A stretch of 64,000 nucleotides of DNA from an uncultured Eubacteriales bacterium (GTDB taxonomy: Bacteria > Bacillota > Clostridia > Saccharofermentanales > UBA5734): positions 48,621-112,620 of the forward strand of contig CAILLO010000077.1 of NCBI GenBank assembly GCA_903835065.1. Reading direction: 5' to 3'. The position numbers and the translations under genes are program-made. The notes under the pieces were generated by a model. It saw nothing but the letters and a program-made list of their open reading frames with translations, had not been told where the DNA came from and searched no databases. Below are positions 1-8,442 of this stretch, in pieces. Within the stretch, counting starts at the first letter, position 1, and the number at the start of each line of letters is the position of its first letter.

Positions 1-47
1 TGGAAGTCGCCGCCGCGGATCGGGAACTGCAGGTGGACGGGAAGCAT
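1..47 (-). CDS. 5' end of a small ATP-binding (HATPase_c, anti-sigma-kinase-like) protein, cut by the window edge
   Basis: ATG at 45-47 (revcomp), 4 nt after the DRTGG gene stop. Reads MLPVHLQFPIRGGDF, an N-terminus typical of the ATPases that follow DRTGG genes. Only 15 codons are visible. Confidence 0.3.
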   Translation of the reverse strand, partial: MLPVHLQFPIRGGDF

Positions 48-51
48 CTCT

Positions 52-402
52 TCAGGCGCCCTTCCCCTGGATGCCAGCCTGGTACAGGAGGCCGCAGGCC
101 GTGAACATCGGGTTCGACGTGCGCAGGACGCAGATGCCCTTCTCGCAGGCCAGCTCGACCATCGTAGGGTCCGGACGCTTGCCGCGCACGAAGACGAGGA
201 CCTTCACGTCCATCATCTCGGCGGTGCGGATCACCTGGAGGTTCACGAGCCCGGTCAGCATCATCTCGTTGGTGGAGCAGGCGAACGCCATCGCGTCGCT
301 CATGAGGTCCGCGCCGCAGGCGACCCGGATCTCGGTCTCCATGTCCTTCGCGGGCACGAGGACTTCCGCTGCAAGCAGGTCGACGCAGTCGCACAGTCTC
401 AT
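52..402 (-). CDS. DRTGG domain-containing protein
   Basis: The track ORF 52..777 only becomes protein-like from the internal Met MRLCDCVDLLAAEVLVPAKDME... GAAGGAAGGA RBS lies just upstream of the ATG at 402. The residues upstream of that Met are Ala/Pro/Gly junk. Confidence 0.75.
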   Translation of the reverse strand: MRLCDCVDLLAAEVLVPAKDMETEIRVACGADLMSDAMAFACSTNEMMLTGLVNLQVIRTAEMMDVKVLVFVRGKRPDPTMVELACEKGICVLRTSNPMFTACGLLYQAGIQGKGA

Positions 403-420
403 CGATCGATTCCTTCCTTC

Positions 421-450
421 TTGACAGGAAGAGCGCGCCATTAGTACGAT
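421..450 (+). promoter_or_regulatory. Candidate sigma70-type promoter for the zinc-ribbon gene
   Basis: TTGACA (421-426), 18-nt spacer, TACGAT (445-450), about 125 nt upstream of the ATG at 574. Confidence 0.4.
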
Positions 451-573
451 TGCACCAACGGGCTCACAGAGAACGGTCTCTCTTTCAGCACTTTGACGGA
501 TTCGCAGTCCGTCCGCGGAGCCGAAAGAAGATTCTTCCATCCCGAGTCCGAAATGCAAGGAGGGAATTCCATC

Positions 574-759
574 ATGCCAGACAAGATGCTCGTATGCAAG
601 GACTGTGGATCGCAATTCGCGTTCACCGAGGGAGAGCAGGCCTTCTACAAGGAAAAGGGCTTCGAGAACGACCCCGTCCGCTGCCCCGACTGCCGGAGGG
701 CCCGGAAGCAGCAGCGTCAGGGCGGCGGTGGCGGCGGCGGATACGACCGCGTTTGGTGA
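574..759 (+). CDS. Small zinc-ribbon protein (CxxC...CxxC) with poly-Gly tail
   Basis: MPDKMLVCKDCGSQFAFTEGEQAFYKEKGFENDPVRCPDCRRARK with two CxxC pairs. AAGGAGGG RBS lies 9 nt upstream of the ATG at 574. The longer track ORF (from 493) has no RBS. Confidence 0.8.
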   Translation: MPDKMLVCKDCGSQFAFTEGEQAFYKEKGFENDPVRCPDCRRARKQQRQGGGGGGGYDRVW

Positions 760-785
760 CGGTCGCGGCCCGGACATGGCGGGCC

Positions 786-818
786 GAGGAGGGCTCCCTG
801 GGGAAGGGGGCCCTCCTC
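786..818 (+). terminator. Stem-loop terminator candidate after the zinc-ribbon gene
   Basis: GAGGAGGGC ... GCCCTCCTC 9-bp stem with inner CCC/GGG pairs, followed by TTGCCTTTCC. Confidence 0.5.
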
Positions 819-852
819 TTGCCTTTCCGGGGGTGCTCTGCTCGCCGTCGCC

Positions 853-880
853 TTGCGCGCGGCCGTTCCGGGTCTATAAT
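853..880 (+). promoter_or_regulatory. Candidate promoter for pyk
   Basis: TTGCGC (853-858), 16-nt spacer, consensus TATAAT (875-880), 32 nt before the pyk ATG. Confidence 0.4.
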
Positions 881-912
881 GGATTCGACAATCAGGAAAG
901 AGGGTAGCTTCC

Positions 913-2652
913 ATGAGAAGGACCAAGATCGTCTGCACGCTCGGCCCGGCCGTCGACGGAGAGGAAATGCTCCGCCAGCTGATGGTCCACGGCATGAACG
1001 TCGCGCGCTTCAATTTCTCCCACGGGACGCACGAGGAGCACAAGGTCCGCATCGACATGCTGAAGAAGGTCCGCGTCGAGGTCGGCCTTCCGATGCCGCT
1101 CCTGCTCGACACGAAGGGCCCCGAGATCCGCACCGGGCTCTTCGCGGGCGGCAGGGTCGACCTCGTCGACGGCGGCGAGTTCACGATCGTCCACGACGAT
1201 ATCCTCGGGGACGCGACGCGCTGCTCGATCACGTACAAGGAGCTACCGCAGGACGTCGTCGCGGGCTCGCGCATCCTGATCGCCGACGGGCTCATCGAGC
1301 TCGACGTCGTCACCGTGCGGGGCCAGGACGTCGTCTGCCGCATCAAGAACGGCGGCACGCTCGGCGACCAGAAGGGCGTGAACCTGCCCGACATCGAGAT
1401 CCGTCTCCCCTCCCTGACGGCGAAGGACGTGGACGACATCCGGTTCGGCGTCGAGAACGGCTTCGATTTCATCGCCGCGTCATTCGTCCGCAAGCCCGCC
1501 GACGTGCTCGAGATCCGCAAGATCCTCGACCGCTTCGGCGCTCCCGACATCGCGATCATCGCCAAGATCGAGAACCGGGAGGGGCTGCGCAACTTCGACG
1601 AGATTCTCAAGGTCGCGGACGGCATCATGGTCGCGCGCGGCGACCTCGGCGTCGAGATCCCGATCGAACAGGTCCCCGTCGCCCAGAAGACGATGATCGA
1701 GAAGTGCTACCGCTACGGCAAGCCCGTGATCACCGCCACGCAGATGCTCGACTCGATGATCCGCAACCCCCGCCCGACCCGCGCCGAGGTCAGCGACGTC
1801 GCGAACGCCGTGATCGACGGCACGTCGGCCCTGATGCTGTCGGGAGAGACCGCCGCCGGCAAGTATCCGATCGAGAGCCTGTCGATGATGGCCAGTATCA
1901 CGGACCAGGCCGAGGCCTCGATCGACTACTGGAAGAAGTTCTCGGCGCTCAGCTACGAAGTCGTCCCGAGCGTGACCAACGCGATCAGCCACGCGACCTG
2001 CACCACCGCGATGGACCTGAAGGCCGGCGCGATCGTCACGGTCACTCACTCCGGTCGCACGGCGCGGATGATCTCCCGCTTCCGTCCCGCCTGCCCCATC
2101 ATCGCGACCACCGTCTTCCCCCGCCCCTACCGCCAGCTGTCTCTGTCCTGGGGCGTGCTCCCCTACCTCGTCGAGATGGTCGACACGACCGAGAAGATGT
2201 TCGACCTCGGCCTCGCCAAGGCTCAGGAATCGGGCCTGGTCGGCATCGGCGACACCGTGGTGATCACGGGCGGCTCGCCCGTCGGGATGAGCGGCACGAC
2301 GAACATCCTCAAGGTCGCGAACGTCGGCAGCATGCTCGTCATGGGGCGCAGCGCCGGCACGGGGTCCGCGACCGGCGAGGTCTGCGTCGTCGGCATGGAC
2401 GGCAAGGGCTTCGAGACGTTCCAGGAGGGCTGCGTCCTCGTCGCGCAGGACACGGGCAACGCCATGATGCCGTATCTCCGGAAGGCCGCGGCACTGGTCG
2501 TCGAGTCGACCGACCCCGCCTGCCACGCCGCGACGGTCGGACTCGCACTCGAGATCCCGGTGGTCGTCGGCGCGGAGAACGCGACGCACATCCTCAAGAC
2601 CGGCACGGTCGTCGTCGTCGACGCGGACCGCGGCACCGTCGGGAAGGCCTAG
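913..2652 (+). CDS. pyk: Pyruvate kinase with C-terminal PEP-utilizer-type extra domain
   Basis: 579 aa. Shows MRRTKIVCTLGP, NFSHG, MVARGDLGVEIP and LSGETA motifs. The last ~100 aa (GEVCVV...ESTDPACHAATVGLALEIPVVVG) resemble the mobile PEP-utilizer domain of Bacillus-type PK. GGAAAGAGGG RBS. Confidence 0.95.
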   Translation: MRRTKIVCTLGPAVDGEEMLRQLMVHGMNVARFNFSHGTHEEHKVRIDMLKKVRVEVGLPMPLLLDTKGPEIRTGLFAGGRVDLVDGGEFTIVHDDILGDATRCSITYKELPQDVVAGSRILIADGLIELDVVTVRGQDVVCRIKNGGTLGDQKGVNLPDIEIRLPSLTAKDVDDIRFGVENGFDFIAASFVRKPADVLEIRKILDRFGAPDIAIIAKIENREGLRNFDEILKVADGIMVARGDLGVEIPIEQVPVAQKTMIEKCYRYGKPVITATQMLDSMIRNPRPTRAEVSDVANAVIDGTSALMLSGETAAGKYPIESLSMMASITDQAEASIDYWKKFSALSYEVVPSVTNAISHATCTTAMDLKAGAIVTVTHSGRTARMISRFRPACPIIATTVFPRPYRQLSLSWGVLPYLVEMVDTTEKMFDLGLAKAQESGLVGIGDTVVITGGSPVGMSGTTNILKVANVGSMLVMGRSAGTGSATGEVCVVGMDGKGFETFQEGCVLVAQDTGNAMMPYLRKAAALVVESTDPACHAATVGLALEIPVVVGAENATHILKTGTVVVVDADRGTVGKA

Positions 2653-2669
2653 TCAGAACCGCGACGCCC

Positions 2670-3935
2670 CTACACGACCCGCAGCACCGACAGCGTCTTC
2701 ATGCCCGTCGCCTCGAGCCCCGCCAGCGCGCGGCGCAGGACGTCCTCCGCCACTTCCTCGGGTTCGCCGACGACGAAGGCGAGACCGCCCTCGGACAGAT
2801 CCGCGGGGCGGTACACGAACCGCGCGCCGCCGTGCGGCGCGAAGGCCGCCTGGATCGCGCCGCGCGGGTCGTCGGACGCCGTCGACGGGTCGAGGCGGAT
2901 GAGCAGGCGGACGGGGGTTTCGCCGAAGGGGGCGACCTCGGCCGGGTTGTCCCGGTGCCAGAGGTGGTAGTGCGGGGTCTTCCCGATGTGCATCACGCAT
3001 TCGACGACGTCCGCGACGACCGCGGAGGCCGTCGGCAGCTTGCCGGCGCCGCGTCCGTAGAACATGGCCTGCCCCAGCGCGTTGCCCTCGACGAGGATCG
3101 CGTTGAAGACGCCGTCGGCGACGGCGAGCGGGGAGCTCGCGGGGATCAGGGTCGGGCGGACCTGCGCGTCGAGGCGGCCGTCCTCGAGCCGGCGGCAGCT
3201 CGCGACCAGCTTGATGCGCGAACCGAGCGCCGCGGCGTAGGCCATGTCGGTCTGCGTCAGCGCGACGATGCCTTCCGTGCGGACGTCGCGGTAGTCGACG
3301 AACTGGTCGTAGGCGATGCTCGAGAGGATCGCGATCTTGCGGCACGCGTCGTGGCCCTCGACGTCCGCCGAGGGGTCCTTCTCCGCGTAGCCGGCCTCCT
3401 GCGCCTCGCGGAGCGCCTCGTCGAAGCCGACGCCCTCCTGCTGCATGCGCGTGAGGATGTAGTTCGTCGTGCCGTTCAGGATGCCCGAGATCGAGAGGAT
3501 CTCATTGGCGGCGAGGCACTTGTGCAGCGGGCGGATGATCGGGATGCCGCCGCCGACGCTCGCCTCGAACAGGTAGCTGATGCCGTTCTCGTGGGCGAGC
3601 TCCATCAGCTCCGGCCCGTACGCCGCGACGAGCTCCTTGTTGGACGTGACGACGTGTTTGCCGGCCGCGAGGGCGCGCTTCGTGAATTCATAGGCGATGC
3701 GGACGCCGCCGATCGTCTCGACGACGACGCGGATCTCCGGGTCGTCGAAGACGTCCGCCGGGTCCTTCGTCAGGCGGTCCTCGTAGCGGTCGCCGGGAAA
3801 GTCGCGGACGTCGAGGATGCGCTTGACGTGGATGTCCAGGCCGGCGCGGCGGCGGATGGCGGCCGCATTCATGTCGCAGACCTCCGCGACGCCGGTGCCG
3901 ACGGTTCCATATCCGAGGATCGCGATCTCGATCAT
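2670..3935 (-). CDS. hom: Homoserine dehydrogenase
   Basis: 421 aa. MIEIAILGYGTVGTGV NAD-binding start, VTSNKEL and GILNGTTNYIL motifs, ACT-like C-terminus. Confidence 0.93.
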   Translation of the reverse strand: MIEIAILGYGTVGTGVAEVCDMNAAAIRRRAGLDIHVKRILDVRDFPGDRYEDRLTKDPADVFDDPEIRVVVETIGGVRIAYEFTKRALAAGKHVVTSNKELVAAYGPELMELAHENGISYLFEASVGGGIPIIRPLHKCLAANEILSISGILNGTTNYILTRMQQEGVGFDEALREAQEAGYAEKDPSADVEGHDACRKIAILSSIAYDQFVDYRDVRTEGIVALTQTDMAYAAALGSRIKLVASCRRLEDGRLDAQVRPTLIPASSPLAVADGVFNAILVEGNALGQAMFYGRGAGKLPTASAVVADVVECVMHIGKTPHYHLWHRDNPAEVAPFGETPVRLLIRLDPSTASDDPRGAIQAAFAPHGGARFVYRPADLSEGGLAFVVGEPEEVAEDVLRRALAGLEATGMKTLSVLRVV

Positions 3936-3941
3936 CTTCGT

Positions 3942-4382
3942 TCAATCCCTCGCCATGATCTGCTGCTTGCGCACGCCGGGGATGTCCCCGATGCGGTCCA
4001 TCAGCCCCTCGAGACTGGAGTTCATCCGGTCGGTCTCGATCGCGACGGAGACGTCCGCGAGACCGTTGATCGGGATGTTCTGGTTGATCGTGAGGATATT
4101 GGCCTTCGCGTCCGCCAGGCAGTTGATGATGCCGGACAGGATACCGGGGAAGTCCTCGATCGCGAAGAGCACGGTGACGATGCGCCCGCGGGAGGTCTCG
4201 TAGAACGGGAACAGCGAATCCTTGTACTTGTAGTAGGCGCTGCGGGAGATGCCGACGCGCTGCACGGCGTCGTTGACGGAGTCGGCCTTGCCGGCGCTGA
4301 GCAGCCGCTTGACCTCCATGACCTTGACGAAGACCTCGGGAAGTACTTCCGCCTTGACCAGAAAGAACTCGCCCTCGTGCAT
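3942..4382 (-). CDS. ACT domain-containing protein (UPF0735 family)
   Basis: 146 aa. An N-terminal HTH-like segment (GISRSAYYKYKD) is followed by an ACT domain (VTVLFAIEDFPGILSGIINCLADAKANILTINQ). Ends 6 nt upstream of hom. GGGAGGG RBS. Confidence 0.85.
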   Translation of the reverse strand: MHEGEFFLVKAEVLPEVFVKVMEVKRLLSAGKADSVNDAVQRVGISRSAYYKYKDSLFPFYETSRGRIVTVLFAIEDFPGILSGIINCLADAKANILTINQNIPINGLADVSVAIETDRMNSSLEGLMDRIGDIPGVRKQQIMARD

Positions 4383-4501
4383 GCCGTTCCGCCCTCCCGC
4401 GCTGCCTCCCCGCAGGAGGCCTTCGCGGAAAGCGCCTCCCCTTGGGAGGAGGCGGCATCGTCGGAATGTCCTTGTGCGGAGTACAATTGTGCCTGCGGGA
4501 T

Positions 4502-4530
4502 ACTATATCATCGGGAGCCTCCAGATACAA
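4502..4530 (-). promoter_or_regulatory. Candidate promoter of the ACT-hom operon
   Basis: On the minus strand: TTGTAT (4530-4525), 17-nt spacer, TATAGT (4507-4502). Leaves a ~110-nt leader. Confidence 0.45.
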
Positions 4531-4555
4531 GGGGCGCCGTGGCGACCGGCCTCCG

Positions 4556-5083
4556 TCAGTCCGGCAGGACCCACTCGGCGGAGATGCCCTCCGGCCCGGC
4601 GCCCGGCCGGACATGGAGCAGGACGGCCGACGGCTCCGCGGTCCCGGAATGCGCATGCGCCCGGGCAGTCCCCGGGTTCGCGAGCAGGAGCGGCGAGCGG
4701 GGGCCGTCGGCGGCGACGACGCGCCAGAGCGGGCGGTGGGTGTGGCCGAAGAGCACGGCGTCGACCGGCGGGCGTTGCAGGCGTGCGTAAGCGGCGAGGC
4801 GCTCGAGGCCGAGCTTGACGTCCTGCCGGTGCCCGTGCGTCAGCAGCAGCCGGTGCCCCTCGACCGTCACGACGGCATCGAGCGGGCAGCCGTGCGGGCA
4901 GCCGGCGTCGCCGTTGCCGCGCACGGCGGTCACGGGGACGCGGCCGAGCGCTTCGAGGTCCCGGGCGTCATCGCAGTGGTCTCCGAGGTGGAGGACCCGC
5001 TCGATCTCCGGGTGGGCGTCGAGCGTGCGCACCACGAAGGACAGGTCGCCGTGGGTATCGGCGACGACGAGCACGGTCGTCAC
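4556..5083 (-). CDS. YfcE/MJ0936-family metallophosphoesterase
   Basis: 175 aa. VLVVADTHGD, LHLGD, RGNGD and GHTH metallophosphoesterase motifs. ATGA overlap with rdgB. Confidence 0.85.
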   Translation of the reverse strand: MTTVLVVADTHGDLSFVVRTLDAHPEIERVLHLGDHCDDARDLEALGRVPVTAVRGNGDAGCPHGCPLDAVVTVEGHRLLLTHGHRQDVKLGLERLAAYARLQRPPVDAVLFGHTHRPLWRVVAADGPRSPLLLANPGTARAHAHSGTAEPSAVLLHVRPGAGPEGISAEWVLPD

Positions 5084-5679
5084 GGGTGCAGGCCCTCGGC
5101 GCTGAGCCGTTCGACCATGAGGCGCAGCGCGCGGCCGCGGTGGCTGATCGCGTGCTTCTCGTCGTTGTCCAGCTCGGCGGTCGTCCGGCCGCGCTCGGGC
5201 AGGTAGAAGACCGGGTCGTAGCCGAAGCCGCCCTGCCCGCGCATCTCGGAGGCGATCCGCCCCTCGCAGGTGCCGCGCACCGTGAAGGACGTGCCGTCCG
5301 GCCGGACGACCGCGATCGCGCAGACGAACTGTGCCGTGCGGGCTTCTTCGGGGACGCCGCGCAGCAGCTCCCAGAGCTTCGCGATCTTCTCGGGGTAAGT
5401 CGCGTCGGGTCCCGCGAAGCGGGCGGAATAGATGCCGGGCGCGCCGTCCAGCGCGTCGACCGCGAGCCCCGAGTCGTCGGCCATGACGAACCCGCCGGTC
5501 ACGGCGTGGACGGCCCTCGCCTTGATCAGGGCGTTCTCCTCGAAGGTCGCGCCGTCCTCCTCGATCTCGCCGGCGAAGCCAGCCTCCCGCATGGGGACGA
5601 CTTCGAAGGGCAGCCCGGCGAGGATCTCGTTGACCTCGCGGACCTTGTCGCGGTTGCCGGTCGCCAGGATGAATCTCAT
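5080..5679 (-). CDS. rdgB: dITP/XTP pyrophosphatase (RdgB/HAM1)
   Basis: Start moved to MRFILATGNRDKVREV (ATG at 5679). Shows SARFAG and FGYDPVF motifs. The upstream part of track ORF 5080..6333 is Arg/Pro junk that overlaps the next gene. Confidence 0.92.
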   Translation of the reverse strand: MRFILATGNRDKVREVNEILAGLPFEVVPMREAGFAGEIEEDGATFEENALIKARAVHAVTGGFVMADDSGLAVDALDGAPGIYSARFAGPDATYPEKIAKLWELLRGVPEEARTAQFVCAIAVVRPDGTSFTVRGTCEGRIASEMRGQGGFGYDPVFYLPERGRTTAELDNDEKHAISHRGRALRLMVERLSAEGLHP

Positions 5680-6962
5680 GTCGGGACCTTTCCGCCGATC
5701 AGCCGGGCGAGGGTGATGCCGGCGCCCAGCTGAGAGGACAGACGGCGGTATTCGGCGGCGGCGGCCGGGTCGGGCCGGCCGGTGCGCAGCGAGGTGACGA
5801 GCAGGTTCTTGGGCGTGTCGAGCGGCGAGACGTACTCGACGACCGTGGTCGCGTATCCGGCCGCGGAAAGCAGCAGGACGCGCATCGCGTCGGTCAGGAG
5901 GTCGGCCATCCGGGCGCGCAGCACGCCCTGGGAGACGAGCCCGCCCTCGAGGCCGGGCATCCGGTAGTCCTGCGACAGGAGCTCCTTCTGGCAGCACGGG
6001 ACGCAGGCGATCGCGTCGGCGCGGGCGCGGACGCCGGCGGCCATCGCGAGGTCGGTGGCGACGTCGCAGGCGTGCAGCGAGACCACGAGGTGCGGCGCCT
6101 CGGCCGGGGATGGCGCGTAGGTACGCAGGTCCTCGGCGCGGAACTCCATGTTGCGGTAGCCCAGGCGCTGTGCGCGGGCCTGCGAGGCCGCGACGACGCC
6201 TTCGGAGATGTCGAGGCCGAGGAAGGAGCACGGGTGCCCCAGCTTCTCCCGGATGTACCAGTTCAGTACGAAGGAGAGATAGGACTTGCCGCAGGCGCAG
6301 TCGAGCACGCGGAGACGCTCGTGCTTCGCGCACAGGTCGCGCAGCACGGGGTCGAGGCGGTCGACGAAGCGGTCGGTCTGGTCGTACTTGCGCAGCTTGT
6401 CGTTGCGCAGGCGACCGTTCGGGTCGAGGAAGCCCAGCTCGCGGAGGAGCGGACCGGCCTCGGCGGCTGGAACGCGGTAGTCGGAGGACGGGCCCGCCCA
6501 GCCGGGGGCGTCGTCCTCGTGGGAGTCGGCGGAGGCGGTCGTGGAGGATGAGGCGGACGGTCCGGAAGACGGGGCGCCCGCCGGGCGGATGCCGGACCTG
6601 CCGGCGGCCGCGGGCGGCAGGGACGACGCCGTCACGCCGCGCGGCCCGGCGGTCAGGCGGCGGCCGCCGCCCCGTTCGACGAGGCGGATGTCGGCGGCAT
6701 CGTACTGGACGGCGAGCTCGCGGATCCGCGCGAGGACATGCGCGGCGTCGCCCGTGGTGGTGCCGCCGGGGAAGACGAAGCGGTAGACGGGAGGCGCACC
6801 GGTGGCGGGGGAACCTGCACCGGCCAGGGTCACGGCCGCTGCGTGCTTGCGGGCCCCGCTCTCGAAGTCCGCCTCGAGGCGGACGAAGTCCTCGGGATCC
6901 TCGAGACGGCCCCGCAAGGCCGATAGCAGGAGGTCCAGCTGGTCGACGGTCGACTTCTTCAT
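5676..6962 (-). CDS. Class I SAM-dependent methyltransferase (Methyltransf_32-like) with uncharacterised N-terminal domain
   Basis: 428 aa. VLDCACGKSYLSFVL SAM motif and LHACDVATD...CVPCCQKEL in the C-terminal half. The N-terminal ~110 aa plus a Ser/Pro/Ala linker have no motif I recognise. Confidence 0.75.
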   Translation of the reverse strand: MKKSTVDQLDLLLSALRGRLEDPEDFVRLEADFESGARKHAAAVTLAGAGSPATGAPPVYRFVFPGGTTTGDAAHVLARIRELAVQYDAADIRLVERGGGRRLTAGPRGVTASSLPPAAAGRSGIRPAGAPSSGPSASSSTTASADSHEDDAPGWAGPSSDYRVPAAEAGPLLRELGFLDPNGRLRNDKLRKYDQTDRFVDRLDPVLRDLCAKHERLRVLDCACGKSYLSFVLNWYIREKLGHPCSFLGLDISEGVVAASQARAQRLGYRNMEFRAEDLRTYAPSPAEAPHLVVSLHACDVATDLAMAAGVRARADAIACVPCCQKELLSQDYRMPGLEGGLVSQGVLRARMADLLTDAMRVLLLSAAGYATTVVEYVSPLDTPKNLLVTSLRTGRPDPAAAAEYRRLSSQLGAGITLARLIGGKVPT

Positions 6963-6978
6963 GCCCTTCCCTGCTCTC

Positions 6979-8442
6979 CTACTGTCTCCGCCAACCCGGC
7001 GGGTAGAGGTTCTTGAATTGTCCGCCGCCCTGCGGCTTCAGCCACCCGGTCGGAAACCCCATCACGACGGCGGCGGCGGATCCGCCCGCTTCCATCGCTC
7101 CGCCCGGTTCCGCGACGGACACGGTCTCCCCCTTAAGATACCGCAGCGCCGTCCCGTCTTCCACGGGCAGGTCGACGACGCGCTGGAGGTCGGCCCGCGC
7201 CAGGACCAGGGCGAGCGAATGCGAGGGCGAGAAGCGCAGTCCTCTGCGGTCCTCTGCGAATGAGCCCAGGTGGAATCCGCGCTTGAGGACGTGCAGGCGC
7301 GACAGATCGGGCGGATTGGAGGACAATAGGTGGACGTGCCCGCCGGACAGCGCGGCGTGCCGCGCGCCGGAGATCCAGGACGCGACCCGGTCCAGGGCTT
7401 CGGGCGCGAGCACCGGCTCGGCGAATCGTCGGAACGCGTCGCGCTCGGACGGTCCCAGCGGGGCGAACGTCGGCTTGCCCGTGCCGGTCGCGGATTCCGT
7501 CGAACCGCGCGCACCCGCGTCGTCCCCCGGCTTCTCGAGGCATGCGCAGAAGTGTCCGTCGCCGGGCGCTCGGTGCGGCCAGATGCGGGCCGCCGCGGAG
7601 AGGCCCCTCCCGAGGTCGAAGGCGTCGTCCATGCCGCCGGTCTTGGCGATCGGGACGGGCCGGTAGCCGGGGTGGCGGTCGAGGAAGGCCGCGACGGTCT
7701 CTTCGTCCTCGTCGGGCGAGAACGTGCAGGTCGAATAGACGAGCCGCCCTCCCGGCCGAAGAAGTTCGTCGGCCGCGTCGAGGATCGCGTCCTGCGCGCT
7801 CCGGCAACTGCCGTCGGCGTACTGCGCCCAGCGCGCGGCGGAGCCCGGGTCGCGGCGGAACATGCCCTCGCCCGAACAGGGCGCGTCGACGAGGATCCGG
7901 TCGAAATAGCCGGGCAGTCGCGCGGCGAGGCGGTCGGGCGATCCGACGGTCACCGCGGCCTGGGTCGCGCCGCACCGTTCGAGGTTGCGGACGAGGGCAC
8001 GGGCCCGGTCCTCGTGGAGGTCGTTCGCGAGCAGGAACCCCTCCCCGCCCATCGCCGAGGCGATCTGCACCGACTTGCCGCCCGGAGCGGCGCACAGGTC
8101 GAGCACGCGCTCGCCGGGCCGCGGAGCGAGGACTTCGACGGGCAGCATCGCGCTGGGTTCCTGCAGGTAGAAGAGGCCGGCGTCGTGCAGCGGGTGGCGG
8201 CCGGGCGCGCCGTCCCGCGCGAGGACCAGGCCGTCCGGGCACCAGGGCACGTCGGCGAGCGGCGCGGGCTCGCCCATCGCGGACAGCAGCGCGCGCAGGC
8301 CCTCCCGGGTGGTCCGCGGCGAGTTGGCCCGGATGCCGGAGACGAACGGAGCGTCGAAGCTCGCGAGGAACGCGGCGAACTCCTCCCCGTCCTCGGGGAA
8401 CCGGGGGCGGAGGCGCGCGACGAATCCGGGTGGAAGCTTCAC
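6979..8442 (-). CDS. rRNA cytosine-C5 methyltransferase, NOL1/NOP2/Sun (RsmF/RsmB-like)
   Basis: 487 aa. LDLCAAPGGKS, DAPCSGEGMFRRDP and YSTCTFSPDEDE (catalytic TC) motifs. 4-nt overlap with argS. Confidence 0.85.
   Translation of the reverse strand: MKLPPGFVARLRPRFPEDGEEFAAFLASFDAPFVSGIRANSPRTTREGLRALLSAMGEPAPLADVPWCPDGLVLARDGAPGRHPLHDAGLFYLQEPSAMLPVEVLAPRPGERVLDLCAAPGGKSVQIASAMGGEGFLLANDLHEDRARALVRNLERCGATQAAVTVGSPDRLAARLPGYFDRILVDAPCSGEGMFRRDPGSAARWAQYADGSCRSAQDAILDAADELLRPGGRLVYSTCTFSPDEDEETVAAFLDRHPGYRPVPIAKTGGMDDAFDLGRGLSAAARIWPHRAPGDGHFCACLEKPGDDAGARGSTESATGTGKPTFAPLGPSERDAFRRFAEPVLAPEALDRVASWISGARHAALSGGHVHLLSSNPPDLSRLHVLKRGFHLGSFAEDRRGLRFSPSHSLALVLARADLQRVVDLPVEDGTALRYLKGETVSVAEPGGAMEAGGSAAAVVMGFPTGWLKPQGGGQFKNLYPPGWRRQ

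Noticed and set aside
4484-4495. Near-palindrome GTACAATTGTGC (perfect core ACAATTGT) in the ACT-hom leader.
   Set aside because: It is short, imperfect outside the 8-bp core and present as a single copy. That is insufficient to call an operator.
450-4790. Very long ORFs such as 450..4790 (+), 7542..10343 (+), 17618..20227 (+), 21452..23998 (-), 58348..60729 (-) and 59592..62084 (+).
   Set aside because: Their translations are Arg/Pro/Gly/Ala-rich low-complexity strings. They lie antisense to or out of frame with genes that carry clear family motifs, which is typical of shadow ORFs in GC-rich DNA where stop codons are rare.
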